Below, piece by piece: positions 49,121-61,537 of a stretch of 64,000 nt of DNA. Below the pieces are notes generated by a model, which was not told the origin of the DNA, ran no database searches, and saw only the letters and a list, made by a program, of their open reading frames with translations. Within the stretch, counting starts at the first letter, position 1. The number at the start of each line of letters is the position of its first letter. The position numbers were made by a program, and so were the translations under genes. Location: NCBI RefSeq assembly GCF_009914755.1, contig NC_060927.1; one strand, written 5' to 3'. Source of the stretch: the human T2T-CHM13v2.0 reference genome, Homo sapiens.

Positions 49121-49691
49121 CCCCATCTGCCATTGATGTCGCATCTCATGAAACTCATGTAAGCTCTGTAAAGGCAATAAACATGCATTCTACTGTTTGG
49201 TACAGCTGCAACACACTCAACAGAATGCTATACTCCTAATATATGCTGAATATTGCTTACTGATTGATTCTATGGAAAAAATTAAGTATTAAGTCACTCA
49301 TAATGTACAAAATCCAGAGAAAGCAGAAATCCTATGGCAATGGGTGAACTAATGATCTCATTGGTATACACTTTTGGGAACTCAACTAGAAACCCTTCCT
49401 TAGGGTCACTTACAACTGCTTTCCTTAGGAAATAACTCTAGGTCTGAAATGCAATCATTCTAAAATGACCTTGGATATATGGAATAGAAATAACATCTTG
49501 AGATGTTATTCTAATCAATTCATTGAGAATTAGTTAAGTAAGAATCTGAGAAGAAGGTTTTTGTGCTGCATGTTAACAGGGAAAAGAAGTTAACAAGACC
49601 TAATATTTCATCAAAATCATTGGGCCACATCTAGGAAAGGTCAAGTTCATGGTGAACTTTTTCTCCATCTTTTAAAAGAAAAAATAGTAAG

Positions 49692-49997
49692 ACTCATGCC
49701 AGTGATCCCAGGACTTTGAGAGGCTGAGGTAGGAGGAGCGCTTGAGGCCAGAAGTTTGAGACCAGCCTGTGCAACATTGTGAGACTCTGTCTCAAAAAAA
49801 AAAAAAAAAAATTTAAACATAGCAGGGAATGGTGGTGCACACCTGTAGTCCTAGCTACTAGGGAGGCTGAGGTGGGAGGATCATTTAAGCCCAGGCGTTC
49901 CAGGCTGCAGTGAGCTACAATCGTGCCACTGCACTCCAGCTTATGTAACAGACCAAGACTCTGTTCCAAAAACAAAACAAAACAAAAAAAGAAAGAA
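49692..49997 (+). mobile_element. AluJ (5' end eroded)
   Basis: gcttgaggccagaagtttgagacc...ggaggatcatttaagcccagg...ggctgcagtgagc. Confidence 0.9.
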
Positions 49998-50025
49998 ATT
50001 AAGGAAAAAGGCACATGTACATTTT

Positions 50026-50646
50026 TGTGGCAGATAGATTCTTATGGTAGCAGCCCCACAATCTCTGCCTCCTGGTGTCCATGCCCCGTATGATTCCTTA
50101 TCCTTGAATGTGGGAAGGAAGGATTCATGACTTGCTTCGAACCTATAGAATGTGGTAAAGATGGCAAGATGTAAGTCATTATGTGTACATGATTATGTGA
50201 TTATGTTATATTAGATTGCAGCACCTGTATTGCACATGTGTTCTCTCTTTTTCTCTCCCTCCCCCTTCCTCTCTCCCATCTTTGCTAACTTTGAGGAGTC
50301 AAGAAACCATGCTGGGGAACCCCACACAGCACAGAACTATGAGGCAGACTGTAGGATCTGATGACAGCCAGAAAGAAGCCCTCATCCTAGTTGCAAGAAA
50401 CTGAATTCTGCCAACAACCTAAGTGAGCTTAGAAATAAATCCTTATCCATTCAAGCCTCAAGTAAGACCACAACCCCAGCCAAAGCCTTGATTGACATCA
50501 TGTGAGACTCTAAGCAGAGGACCCGGTTAAGCCATGATTGAACTCCTGACCCACCGAAACTGTGAGATGATAAGTGTATGTTGTTTTGTTGTTTTAAGTC
50601 ACCAAGTTTGTAGTAATATCACTACATAAAAATAGAAAACTAAACA
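50026..50646 (+). mobile_element. MLT1 (MaLR) solo LTR
   Basis: tgtggcaga...ctgaattctgccaacaacctaagtgagctt...gaaactgtgagatgataa...aatagaaaactaaaCA. Confidence 0.85.
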
Positions 50647-51612
50647 TTATCCCATTGAGGGAATTTAAATTCGAGGCACATCTTTGGAAACAAGCTTTGT
50701 ATGAGAAGGTATAAAATTGGAACACTTGCCAGTGTATTGCTCATGCTGGAGATGAAGGTCAAAGGAAGCCCTGCCCCCTGCCCTGTAGGACAGCCTTGAC
50801 CTTTCTGAACCAGGATCCTTTTGCTCTCACTCTATGGAAGTGTTGAAATGTCAGCTGTGTTTGCATGTGTGAAGGGATCTTACACAGAGGGCCCATGTCT
50901 CAGAACATGCACGTGATGTTTTTACAGCAAAAATAATGTTGGTTTGCAGGACCTTCATACATAGGTTTTTACTGGAGCACAGAGGCCTTAGACAAACCTC
51001 CCAACCCAGCAAGGTTGTATTTTCTTTTCAAAGAAATACAAACCAAGCTTAATTTAAATCAATAGAGAAGGTAACAGTGATAAAAGGGGAAAAAAATTAC
51101 CTAAGCACAGGATAACAAAAAAGAAAGTGGCAGTCAACATATATGAACCTGGGAGAGAGAAAATGCAACTAGAATTTAGGAGGAACTATTCCTTTTTCTC
51201 CTAGAAATGTGCTGATTTCCCTTCCTGTTAGGAGGTCCTAGCTGAGTGCCTTTTCATTGAAAGGGTAGCATGTACACTGTACACACCAACCACTTGCTTA
51301 TTAAAGGTTCCTGTTCTCTTTCCAGCACCTGTAGCAAGAAGTGGGATGTTCTGGATTGGAAGAGAAACAGCAAAATGTTAGCAAAACAGTTTAAAGGAAA
51401 AGCTGTAAGAGAAGATGAAAACAGCTTACAATGATCCAAAGGGAGGCATTAAGGCAAAGAGGAAATGTTAATGCAGGCTAAAGACAAGTCTGGGAAGAAA
51501 ATGAAAAAATTCCCCTAATGGGTGATTCAAAAACAATCATAAGAATAATAATAGTTGAAAAAAACACTAGTAGAATTAAGCAAGAATACTGAAGATAATT
51601 TATTAACATATT

Positions 51613-51904
51613 GGCCTGGCACAGTGGCTCACACCTGTAATTCCAGCATTTTGGGAGGCCAAGGCAGAAGCTCACTTAAGCGCAGGAGTTCAAGACCGGC
51701 CTGGTCAACATAGCAAGATGCCAACTCTACAAAAAAAAAAAAAAAAATTACCCAGGCATGGTGGCACACACCTACAGTCCTAGCTACTAGGGAGGCTGAG
51801 GTGGAAGGATCACTTGAGACCAGGAGTTTAAGGCTGCAATGAGCTATTATCGTGCCACTGCACTCCAGCCTGGGTGACAGAGCAAAATTGTCTGTAATAA
51901 AAAA
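51613..51904 (+). mobile_element. AluJ
   Basis: Dimeric Alu with J diagnostics (ggatcacttgagaccaggagtttaaggctgca). Confidence 0.92.
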
Positions 51905-52668
51905 TTATATTGGCTTCTTCACTGAGCTAAGTTTTCATTCATTTAACCTATATTAGCATACACTAGCTTTTATATTTCCTTCCAACCCTAGAAGGTAAAT
52001 AATGTTATTAATCCCCATTTTACAGACAAGACTGAAAGAGGTTAACTTGCCTAAGTCACATGGATAGAAAGTAGAAGAGCTAAGTTTTGAAGTCAGAACT
52101 CTCTGATCCTAGTTTTCTCACATTTAATGCAAGAAATCTCAAGTTCTATGGTATAATAGAAAGAAAATGCAGGGCACTGTCTATGTTAAGAAATACCCAT
52201 GTGCAAATGGGAAGAAACGTAATGAGTTATTCCTGGGGGCTGAGGTGCCGGCAATTGCAGAAAAGTGTCCCTGTGAGATGAGAAGAACAAAGGTACCCAA
52301 GACATGAGCAGGAGAAATGCTCTCGGAATAAAATAGAATAGTGGAAAATGGATCCCTTGTTCTTTGATTTAAAAATTACTTTTCTAACTATTGTGCCAAT
52401 GTTTCATATAGTGAATCAAAGAGATGGCCTGTGGCAGAATCACCTAGGACCTTTGTTAAAAGTGAGATCCCTGCACCCTGATTCAGATCATTTAGGTAAT
52501 GAGTTATTCCTGGAGGCTGAGGTGCATGGCAATATCCCTGAGAGATGAGTAGAACAAAGGCGCCCAAGACATGAATGGGAGAAATGCTCTTGGAATAAAA
52601 TAGTCAGAATAGTGGAAAACAGATCCCTTGTTCTTTGATTTAAAAACTACTTTTTGTAGTTTTGTGTC

Positions 52669-53061
52669 TGTGATGGTTAATACTGAGTGTCAACTTGATT
52701 GGATTGAAGGATGCAATATTAATCCTGGGTGTGTCTGTGTGAGTGTTGCCAAAAGAGATAAACATTTGAGCCGGTGGGCTGGGGAAGGCAGATCCACCCT
52801 TCATCTGGTGGGCACAATCTAATCGGCTTCTGGCAAACACAAAACAGGCAGAAAAATGCGAAAAGAGAGATGGGTCTAGCCTACCAGCCTATATCTTTCT
52901 CCCATGCTGGATGCTTCCTGCCCTCACACACCGGACTCCAAGTTCTTCAATTTGGGGACTTGGACTGGCTCTCCTTGCTCCTCAGCTTGCAGACAACTTA
53001 TTGTGGGACCTTGTGATTGTGTAAGTTAATACTTAATAAACTCTTCATATATATAATACAT

Positions 53062-53105
<44 letters not shown>

Positions 53106-53143
53106 ATCAGTTCTGTACCTCTAAGAGAACTCTGACTAATGTA
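52669..53143 (+). mobile_element. MLT2A1-like 5' LTR of HERV-L
   Basis: TGTGATGGTTAATACTGAGTGTCAACTTGATTGGATTGAAGG...aataaa...ctgactaat, followed directly by a PBS. Confidence 0.95.
53062..53105. repeat. (TCTA)11 perfect tetranucleotide STR inside the LTR
   Basis: Read directly from the sequence. Confidence 0.98.
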
Positions 53144-53148
53144 GATTT

Positions 53149-53163
53149 TGGTACCAGGAGTGG
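53149..53163 (+). other. HERV-L primer-binding site (tRNA-Leu complementary)
   Basis: TGGTACCAGGAGTGG a few bases after the LTR end. Confidence 0.85.
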
Positions 53164-53234
53164 TTCTAGAGGAACAGAATATTAAGGATAGAGTTCTTTA
53201 ATTATTTTCGGGTTTCTGGAGTTGGCTGCTTAAT

Positions 53235-54900
53235 ATGATTAGACCCAAAAATGCTAAGGACTCTACTTCTAATAGTATAGAAAACACTGATAGTCCTTGG
53301 CATGAGCTGTTTAGAGAATTATGCAAAATAAATGCATTTGACACTCCTGATTCACCGCTTGTGAACGGCAAGGAGTTTAGTGACTCTATGCTACCTTTGA
53401 CCATATGTGGAGAACCAAGGAACATAATGAAGCTGGTTGGTTGCTCCTAAGTTCAGTGGATAAAGTGATGAAAGAAAATGATAAACTCAGGGATTCTGTC
53501 TCTCAGCTTTAGAAGCAGATACTGAGCCTCAAATCTGCTAAGATTGCCCTGAGTGAGAGTCTTATCTCCTGTAGAGAAAGAGCTGAAATTGTGGAAAAAC
53601 AGACACAAGCTCTTATCATGTGAGTAGCTGATCTGCAATGAAAGATGTATGCACAGCCTTGCCAGGTGTCTACTGTTAAAGTGAGGGCATTGATTGGAAA
53701 AGAACGGGACCCTGCAACTTGGACTGGGGACATGTGGGAGGACCCTGATGGAACTGGGAACACTGAGTTTGTAAACTCTGATGAACCTTTTTTGCCAGAA
53801 GGAACAGCTTCCCCATCCCCAGTAGTGGCAACATCCCTTCCCTGACCCATGGTGCCATCAGCCTTTCCACCTTTGTCTGAGGAGATAAATCCTGTGCTGC
53901 CTGAGGCAACAGTGATGGCCTCCCCTGAGGCACTTGCCAGGCAAGATAATGTTGATTCTCCTCAGGAGCCGCTTCCAACACCCCTGTTTGCTTCTAGACC
54001 TATAACTAGACTAAAGTCCCAGCGGGCCCCTGGAGGTGAGGTTGAGAGTGTGACTCATGAAGCAGTACACTACACTTGAAAATAACTGTTTGAGTTCTCT
54101 AATTTATATAAATAGCAATCTGGAGAACAGCCATGGGAATGGATATTAAGGGTATGGGACAATGGTGGAAGGAACACTGAGTTGGATCAGGCTGAATTTA
54201 CTGATTTGTGCCTACTAAGTAGGGACTCTGCATTTAATGTTGCAGCTCAGGGAGTTAAAAAAGGTTCTTACAGTTTATTTGCTTGGTTAGCTGAAATATG
54301 GATTAAAAGATGGCCCACTGTGAGCAAGCTGGAAATGCCTGATCTCCCTTGGTTTAATGTAGAGGAAGGGATCCAAAGGCTTAGGGAGATTGGGATGGTG
54401 GAGTGGATTAGTCACATTAGACCTACTCATCCCAGCTGGGAGGGTCCAGAAGATATACCCTTGACTAATGTCTTGTTAAATAGATTTGTGAGGGCAGCAC
54501 CTGCATCTTTGAAGAGCGCTGTAATTGCTCTTCTCTGTATGTCAGATCCAATGGTGGGAATAGCAGTCACTCAACTACAAAATTTAAATACGATGGGAAT
54601 AATTGGATCCTGAGGGGGCAGGGGCCAAGTGGCATCACTCAACCGTCAAAGGCAAGGTGGCGTAGTTACCATAATGGACAGCAGAGGCAAAGTGGCAACC
54701 AGAATAGTCTGACTTGTGTAGAGCTCTGGCATTGGCTAATTAATCACAGTGTTCCTAGAAGTGAAATTGATAGGAGCCTACTGCATTCCTACTTAAATTA
54801 TACAAACAGAAAACTTCTAGGTCGAATGGACAAAAGACTAATTTGAATTATAAAAACAGAGAATCACAGCCCCTCAATCAATTTCCAGACTTGAGCCAGT
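53235..54900 (+). pseudogene. HERV-L gag remnant
   Basis: Fragments MIRPKNAKDSTSNS, VKVRALIGKERDPATWTGDMWEDP, LFAWLAEIWIKRWPT, QRLREIGMVEWI; multiple stops. End coordinate approximate. Confidence 0.88.
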
Positions 54901-55059
54901 TTACAGACCCAGAACCCTTTGAAGGAAGAGGAGGCTGGATACCCTCGAGAAAGGACACCACTACATTACTGACAATTTATGCAGTGAATCTTTCTCCCAT
55001 CCTTCCCCAAGGAGACCTCCAGCCTTTTACCAGGGTAACTGCATTGAGGAAAGGGAAAT

Positions 55060-56563
55060 GATCAGAAATGTGGGGGACTACTGGACACTGGCTCTGAGCT
55101 GACACTGATTCCAGGGGACCCAAAATGTCATTGTGGTCCTCCAGTTAAAGTAGGGGTTTATGGGGGTCAGGTAATTAATGAAGTTTTAGCTCAGGTCTGA
55201 CTTACAGTGGGTCCCTGGACTCATCCTGTGGTCATTTCCTCAGTGCCAGAATGCATAATTGGCATAAACATACTTAGCAGCTGGCAGAACCCCACATTGG
55301 CTCCCTGATTGGCAGGGTGATGGCTATTACGGTAGGAAAGGCCAAATGGAAGCCATTAGAGCTAACTCTACCTAGAAAAATCGTAAGTCGAAAACAATAT
55401 CACATCCCTGGAGGGATTGCAGAGACTAGTGCCCCCATCAAGGACTTGAAAGATGCAGGGGTGGTGATTCCCACCACATCCCCATTCAGCTCTCCCATTT
55501 GGCTTGTGCAAAGACAGATGAATCTTGGAGAACGACAATGGATTATCATAAGCTTAACCAAGTGGTGACTGCAATTGCAGCTGCTATACCAGATGTGGTT
55601 TCATTGCTTGAGCAAATTAACACATCTCCTGGTACCTACTATGCAGCCATTGACTTGACGAATGCCTTTTTTCTTCATTCCTGTCCATAAGGCCCACCAG
55701 AAGCAATTTGCCTTCAGCTGGCAAGGCCAGCAATATACTTTTACTGTCCTACCTCAGGGGTATATCAACTTTCCAACTTTGTGTCATAATCTTATTCAGA
55801 GAGACCTTGATTGCTTTTTCACTTCCGTAAGATATCACACTGGTCTGTTGCATTGATGACATTATGCTGATTGGATCCAGTGAGCAAGAAGAGCAAACAC
55901 ACTGGACTTATTGGTGAGACATTTGCATGCCAGGGGATGGGAAATAAATCCGACTAAAATGCAGGGAGCTTCTACGTCAGTAAAATTTCTAGGGGTCTAG
56001 TGGCGTGGGCCTGTTGAGATAGGCCCTTTAAGGTAAAGAATAAGTTGCCACGTTTGGCTCCTCCTACAACCAAGAAAGAGGCACAATGCCTAGTGGGCCT
56101 ATTTGGATTTTGGAGGCAACACATTCCTCATTTGGGTGTGTTACTCTGGCCCATTTATTGAATGACCTGAAAGGCTGCCAGTTTTGAGTGTAGTCCAGAA
56201 CAGGAGAAGGCTCTGCAACAGGTTCAGGCTGCTGTGCAAGCTGTTCTGACACTTGGGCCATATGACCCAGCAGATCCAATGGTGCTTGAGGTGTCAGTGG
56301 CAGATAGAGATGCTGTTTGGAGCCTTTGGCAGGCTCCTATAGGCGAATCACAGTGGAGGCCACTAGGATTTTGGAGCAAGGCCCTGCCATCCTCTGCAGA
56401 TAACTACTCTCCCTTTGAGAGACAGTTCTTGACCTCTTACTGGGCTTTTGTGGAAACTGAACATTTGACTATGGGCCATCAAGTCACCATGTGACCTGAA
56501 CTGCCTATCACGAACTGGGTGCTTTCTGACCCCATCTAGCCATAAAATGGGTCGTGCACAGCA
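55060..56563 (+). pseudogene. HERV-L pro-pol remnant (protease, RT, partial RNase H)
   Basis: Protease LLDTGSELTLIPG (~55078). [33 protein letters not shown], and YIDD read as CIDD (~55849). RNase H-region WRPLGFWSKALPSSADNYSPFE. Confidence 0.92.
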
Positions 56564-56857
56564 CCGTGTTTCATCTAGTGAATCAAAGAGACGACCTGCA
56601 GCAGAATCACCTGGGAATTTTGTTAAAAGTGAGATCCCTGCACCCTGATTCAGATCCTTTTTAACAAGCACTGACCTGGATACACACTAAAGCTAGAGAA
56701 AGATTCTGCACTGGTATGTAAGCTGGGGAATGCTACTTACTAGGAGTGATGGCCATAGTAACGAGGTATGTTTTAGTAACACTGATAGGAAGCTTAGCTC
56801 ACTGTGGGACCAAAATCACATATTTACCTGACCTAAATCCATGGCACAGGTAAAGTA

Positions 56858-56962
56858 AAGAGGAAGAAGAAGGAGGAGTAGAACAAGGAGGATGAGGAGA
56901 GAGAAGAAGGAGGGAGGAGAGGAAGAAGGAGAAGGAGGAGGAGAAGGAGAAGGAAGAGAGGA
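56858..56962. repeat. GA-rich polypurine low-complexity tract
   Basis: About 100 nt almost entirely G/A (GGA/GAA mosaic). Confidence 0.9.
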
Positions 56963-59101
56963 ATAAGTTGACATCACCTATCCTTTCATTCCTACCATAA
57001 ACGAATGAAGGAATGAATGGGACATGCTATAAGCTGACAGCATGTGCCCCTGGCCTGGTCTCCCTGGATGAAGCTATAGTGAGTGGAGGTGAGCACAACA
57101 TCAGCACTGCCAAGCATCTACAGCTAGAGCAGGAACATGGCTGATGGAGCACAACGCATCACCAGTGACCAAGACAAAGGGAAGTCTGAATGGACTGTCA
57201 GTTTGGGGAACACGTGTAAGATGCCTGAAATTTGAGATTTCTGTAACCAAAAGATCTATAGTCTCAGGATCTGTATTCAGGTTTTTCTGCATACAGCATG
57301 ACTTCTGGGAAGAATGTTAGAGGTGGGCTGCTCAGGAGGTTGTGGCTGCCTTCTCTGCATCTCTCAGCTAGACAAAAGGCATAGAACATTGGATTTCACT
57401 CTCTTTACTTTTACGCTTTCTGGTGAAAGGGCAAAAAGTAGACTGCAGATGAACCCAAGAGATGACTCACTATGGAATGCTTTTCCTTTCTATCATCTCT
57501 GGAGAAAGGCATTTTATCCCAGCATCTCTCTTACTGCAGACCATTACCCGAATACCTGCAGCCCCTCTACTTCTAAAGGCATCCTTGCAGTGTGTTCACT
57601 GTTATTACTCTTGACAACAGACGTGAGACTGAGAATGATATTTCTAAAAATAAAATGGCTCCACGATTGCACTACTTGTCCCAGAATCGCACTATCTCCT
57701 GAAACAGAGCCGGAACACCATTCATAGCAACTCCCTTACTGCCAGGAGATTTGTTTTCAATGCACCTGACAAGCCACGTGAGATTCATCCTCAAAGCCTA
57801 CTTGTCAGGGGAATAAATACCAAGAGTCAGAACTTCCTGAGAAATCTAGTGATGGAAAAGCCTTTAAGGATGAACAAATTAAATTCTGTTCTAACACCGG
57901 CAACAGAAGGAAAGCAAAGTGAAGTGGTGCAGAGGAGAAAGTCCAGGTCCAATTTTGGATAAGGCTGAAGATGAGTTACACTGTTAATGCAAAACAGATA
58001 CACAAAGTTTTTTCAGACAGCAGATGCCCAGGAAAAGGAGGCTGGTCTGGGAACGTCTTGCAGCCAGGAGAGGCCCTTTGCTTCTGACAATTAGATAATT
58101 TTTCATGAAAACATCAATCCCTAGAAGTTCATTGTAGAATCATCTTTGCAACTACTTTTGCCACCTGTGTCCTGGGGTCATTTCTCCAGGCTTCCTATCC
58201 CAGGGCTAACATGTGTGCATCCTAATTTCCTCATCTTGTTTCCACCTCTGCATCTGTCTAGTGCTGTCAGACCAAACAGATATGCTCGAGATGACCACTC
58301 AGTACTTCAGGCTGGAGGCTTCTCCAAGCCAACATGTTAGAGGAGCTCTAGAAATCTAACAGTGTAATGGTTTCCATTAAATATTGAATCTTGCCCTGTA
58401 GGGATGGAGCCTAGAAATTCATAAATTATGTAATCTAAGGGCTTTGCTGATGACTGATAAAATCAAATTAGCTGCTTTGGGATAAGGATGAATTTGAAAC
58501 ATAATTTCCTCCTTTGAAGAGACAGTGACAAATCTCTTTGATGGGTCTGCATGTCAAGGTTTTTTTTTTTTTTTCTGGTAGAAAATTTAACAGGATCTTT
58601 TGTTAGGCAAAGTAAATGAGACTGGCTTAGGTTATGAACTAGTTTTTTTTTTCCCCAAAAAATGTTTATTTTTGTTATATTATTAAAGCCATACCCACCC
58701 ATACAAATTTTGTTTTTAAAAGCAGGAAAAAAATTCACCCATAATTCTAACAGTCCAATAAAACCTGACATTTAGAGCATCTCCTTTCAGGCATGTTGTT
58801 GTATGATCATGCATATTTCTACAGAATTGAAGTCATATAATATGCAGATACACATATACACACATATATATGAATATTTATTTTATATATTCATTAAAAC
58901 CTGATTCTTAATGGCTGTAAAATATTTCATATTCTGTTTCAATTTTTGATTACTGCTTTACGATACTTATTCCACCAAAGGGTACGAACAGTTTTAAGTA
59001 GCTTAACATACATTACCAGATGATTTTCCATAAATTCTGATTCAATTAGTAATCCAGCCAGTAATACATGGACTTTTAATTTTCTTTTTTGGGCTGGGCA
59101 T

Positions 59102-59460
59102 TGTATTAGTCTGTTTTCACGCTTCTGACAAAGACATACCGGAGACTGAGTAATTTATAAAGAAAAAGAGGTTGAATGGACTCACAGTTCTATGTGGCTG
59201 GGGAGGTCTCACAATCACGGTGGAAGGCAAAAGGCACGTCTTACCTGGCAGCAAGCAAGAGAGAAAATTAGGACCAAGCAAAAGGGTTTCCCCTTGTAAA
59301 ACCATCAGATCTCATGAGACTTGCTACCACAAGAACAGTACGGCGGAAACCACCCCCATGATTCAATTATCTCCCACTGGGTCCCTCCTGCAACATGTGG
59401 GAATTATGGGAGCTACAAGTGAAGATGAGATATGGGTGGGTACAGAGCCTAATCGTATCA
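59102..59460 (-). mobile_element. THE1 (THE1C-like) MaLR solo LTR
   Basis: tgtattagtctgttttcac...gattcaattatctcccactgggtccctcc...tatca. Perfect 5-bp TSD GGCAT at 59097-59101 and 59461-59465. Confidence 0.95.
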
Positions 59461-61079
59461 GGCATTAAAAACTTATAACAGAATTCACTTAATACATGTC
59501 AATACTTTCCAAAATATTTACTAATTTGTTAGGTGAAAACAGTGTCTCATTGTTCTTTGAGCCGACTCATGACATTTATTGCTCTTTAGGCTTTGAAATT
59601 ACTTTTTTATTTTTTAAATTAAAGTAATGCCTGAATAGTTTTGCCCTGCTCTACTTCTCCCTGGTTGTAGAATTTCCTAACTCACTACGTGAGTAATTAT
59701 GACTGGTGTAACCAAGAGTGTGTGTTTTGAAGTAAAAATATGTTACTTGTTGTAACCAGAATAATTCCCTAGTCACATACAATCCAGTACTAGTGTGGTT
59801 TCTCATTAAACAAACAGGACAGGAGGCAAGATTAATAGTTTTAAAACATATATCTACCTTTAGTCTTCTCTCTTAGAGAACACTGTTTTAAAGATCCAGT
59901 TTGTAATCCATGCTATTACTTTTTAAAATTCCTTTGCTTTATTTATGTATTTTTCCATCATCACTGCTTAAAAGCTTCTTACTCACTTTCCCCTCTCTTC
60001 ATCACACACTGCATCCAACATCTCACACCACTTAGTCCTTGCCTTGTGTGTCACAGCCCCTTTCCTCTCAGCCCTCCTGTCTTACATTCCTCTATCCCTA
60101 CTTTAAATTTGGAGTCACTAAAGTCTAGAATCAGGTTGCCAAAGAATGCACTCTGGCTGGTAAAATGATCAGACACCCACATGCACACTGATACATCTTT
60201 TCATCACACTGGCTTTTTGAACCCTACTAGCTGTCAATATATAAATGAGGCTTTGCAGCTCACCATCATCATTTGCACAATATAGTCTTGACTCAAACTG
60301 AGTTAGCACTGGTCGATGCCCACAAGAGTAAACAGTTAAAAAGGAATTATTTGGTGCCCACCATGTTCAAGGTATTGTGCTACATGCTCAAGAAGCAGGA
60401 ATAAGTTGCAAAGATGAAGATTATCTGGTTCCTACTTTCTAAGTACCTTCAGTTGGAAAGATGAAACACATAAACATGGGGAGAAAAACCCTACCTGTCA
60501 AAATAAAAGGTAATAATGATGAAATTAAAGAGAAATATGTTTGAAAAATAAGAGCCACTAGACTAGTGCAACCAAGACTGCAACACATATTCTGCCATCC
60601 TTTTTTTTTTTTTTCAAACAAGATACATCCATCCCAAATTGAAAGATATGGCAGTAAGGTCTCCAGCTTCCAACTTTTCAATGTAGTCTGGGTCTAGAGA
60701 AGGTGGCCTTAAATTTTGGATTCACCAAATGTGGTTTTGCTATCATGAATAGAGTTGCTACATGGTCTACAATGGAAGAAGTGCCCATTTCATCTGTTGT
60801 TTATTGAGTGTGGCAGGCACTGTGCCATCCACTGGGGATAGCTGTGCACACAACAGAGATGGCCCTTGCTTTCCAGCAGTTTCCAGGTGGTGTATTTTGT
60901 GAACTGGCCTCAATATTAGCCCTGGTTGACCTTGTTTTCCCTTTGCCTAATCTTTCTTCCTCACTTCTAAGTCTTTAACTTTTTCTGTGTTGTATGTTTC
61001 TTTGTAAGATGCCATAAATTCCTAACACAAAACTGAATATAAACAACGAATGAATGTTTCCAGTTAGTCATGTGCCAGC

Positions 61080-61215
61080 ATTTCTTGCCTTGTACTTGAT
61101 CAGCTACTTGAGGACAAGGACTCTGTCTCCTTCATTAGAACATAGTATTTATCTTTATGTTTGTCTTCATACTCAGCACTGGATGTGGTATAGTACTCAA
61201 CAAATATTTGTAGAT
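61080..61215 (+). mobile_element. L2 3' end
   Basis: agctacttgaggacaaggactctgtct...tggtatagtactcaacaaatatttgt. Confidence 0.7.
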
Positions 61216-61241
61216 ATAATTTGTCCCACTATAATACTTTC

Positions 61242-61537
61242 TTTTTTTTTTTTTTTTTGAGACGGAGTCTCACTCTGTCTCCAGGCTGGGGTGCAGTGGC
61301 ATGATCTTGGCTCACTGCAACCTCTGCCTCCTGGGTTCAAGCGATTCTCTTTCCTCAGCCTCTCAAGAAACTGAGGCTACAGGTGTGTGCCACCATGCTC
61401 AGCTAATTTTTGTATTTTTAGTAGAGACAGGGTTTCACCATATTGGCCAGGATGGTCTCGATCTCTTGACCTCGTGATCCGCCCACCTCAGCCTACCAAA
61501 GTGCTGGGATTACAGGCATGAGTCACTACACCCAACT
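61242..61537 (-). mobile_element. AluSc-like
   Basis: Full dimer with ggatggtctcgatctcttgacctcgtgatcc diagnostic. No clear TSD. Confidence 0.94.

Larger units (their letters stand above)
53144..56563 (+). mobile_element. HERV-L internal region, 3'-truncated in RNase H; no integrase, dUTPase or 3' LTR
   Basis: Colinear gag-pro-pol remnants that stop abruptly at ...gggtcgtgcacagca. Confidence 0.95.
52219..56656 (+). repeat. 277-bp tandem duplication (copy A 52219-52495; copy B 52496-52668 plus 56565-56656), including part of a MER5-like element
   Basis: Both copies begin gtaatgagttattcctgg and end gtgagatccctgcaccctgattcagatc. Copy B is split by the HERV-L provirus. Confidence 0.95.
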
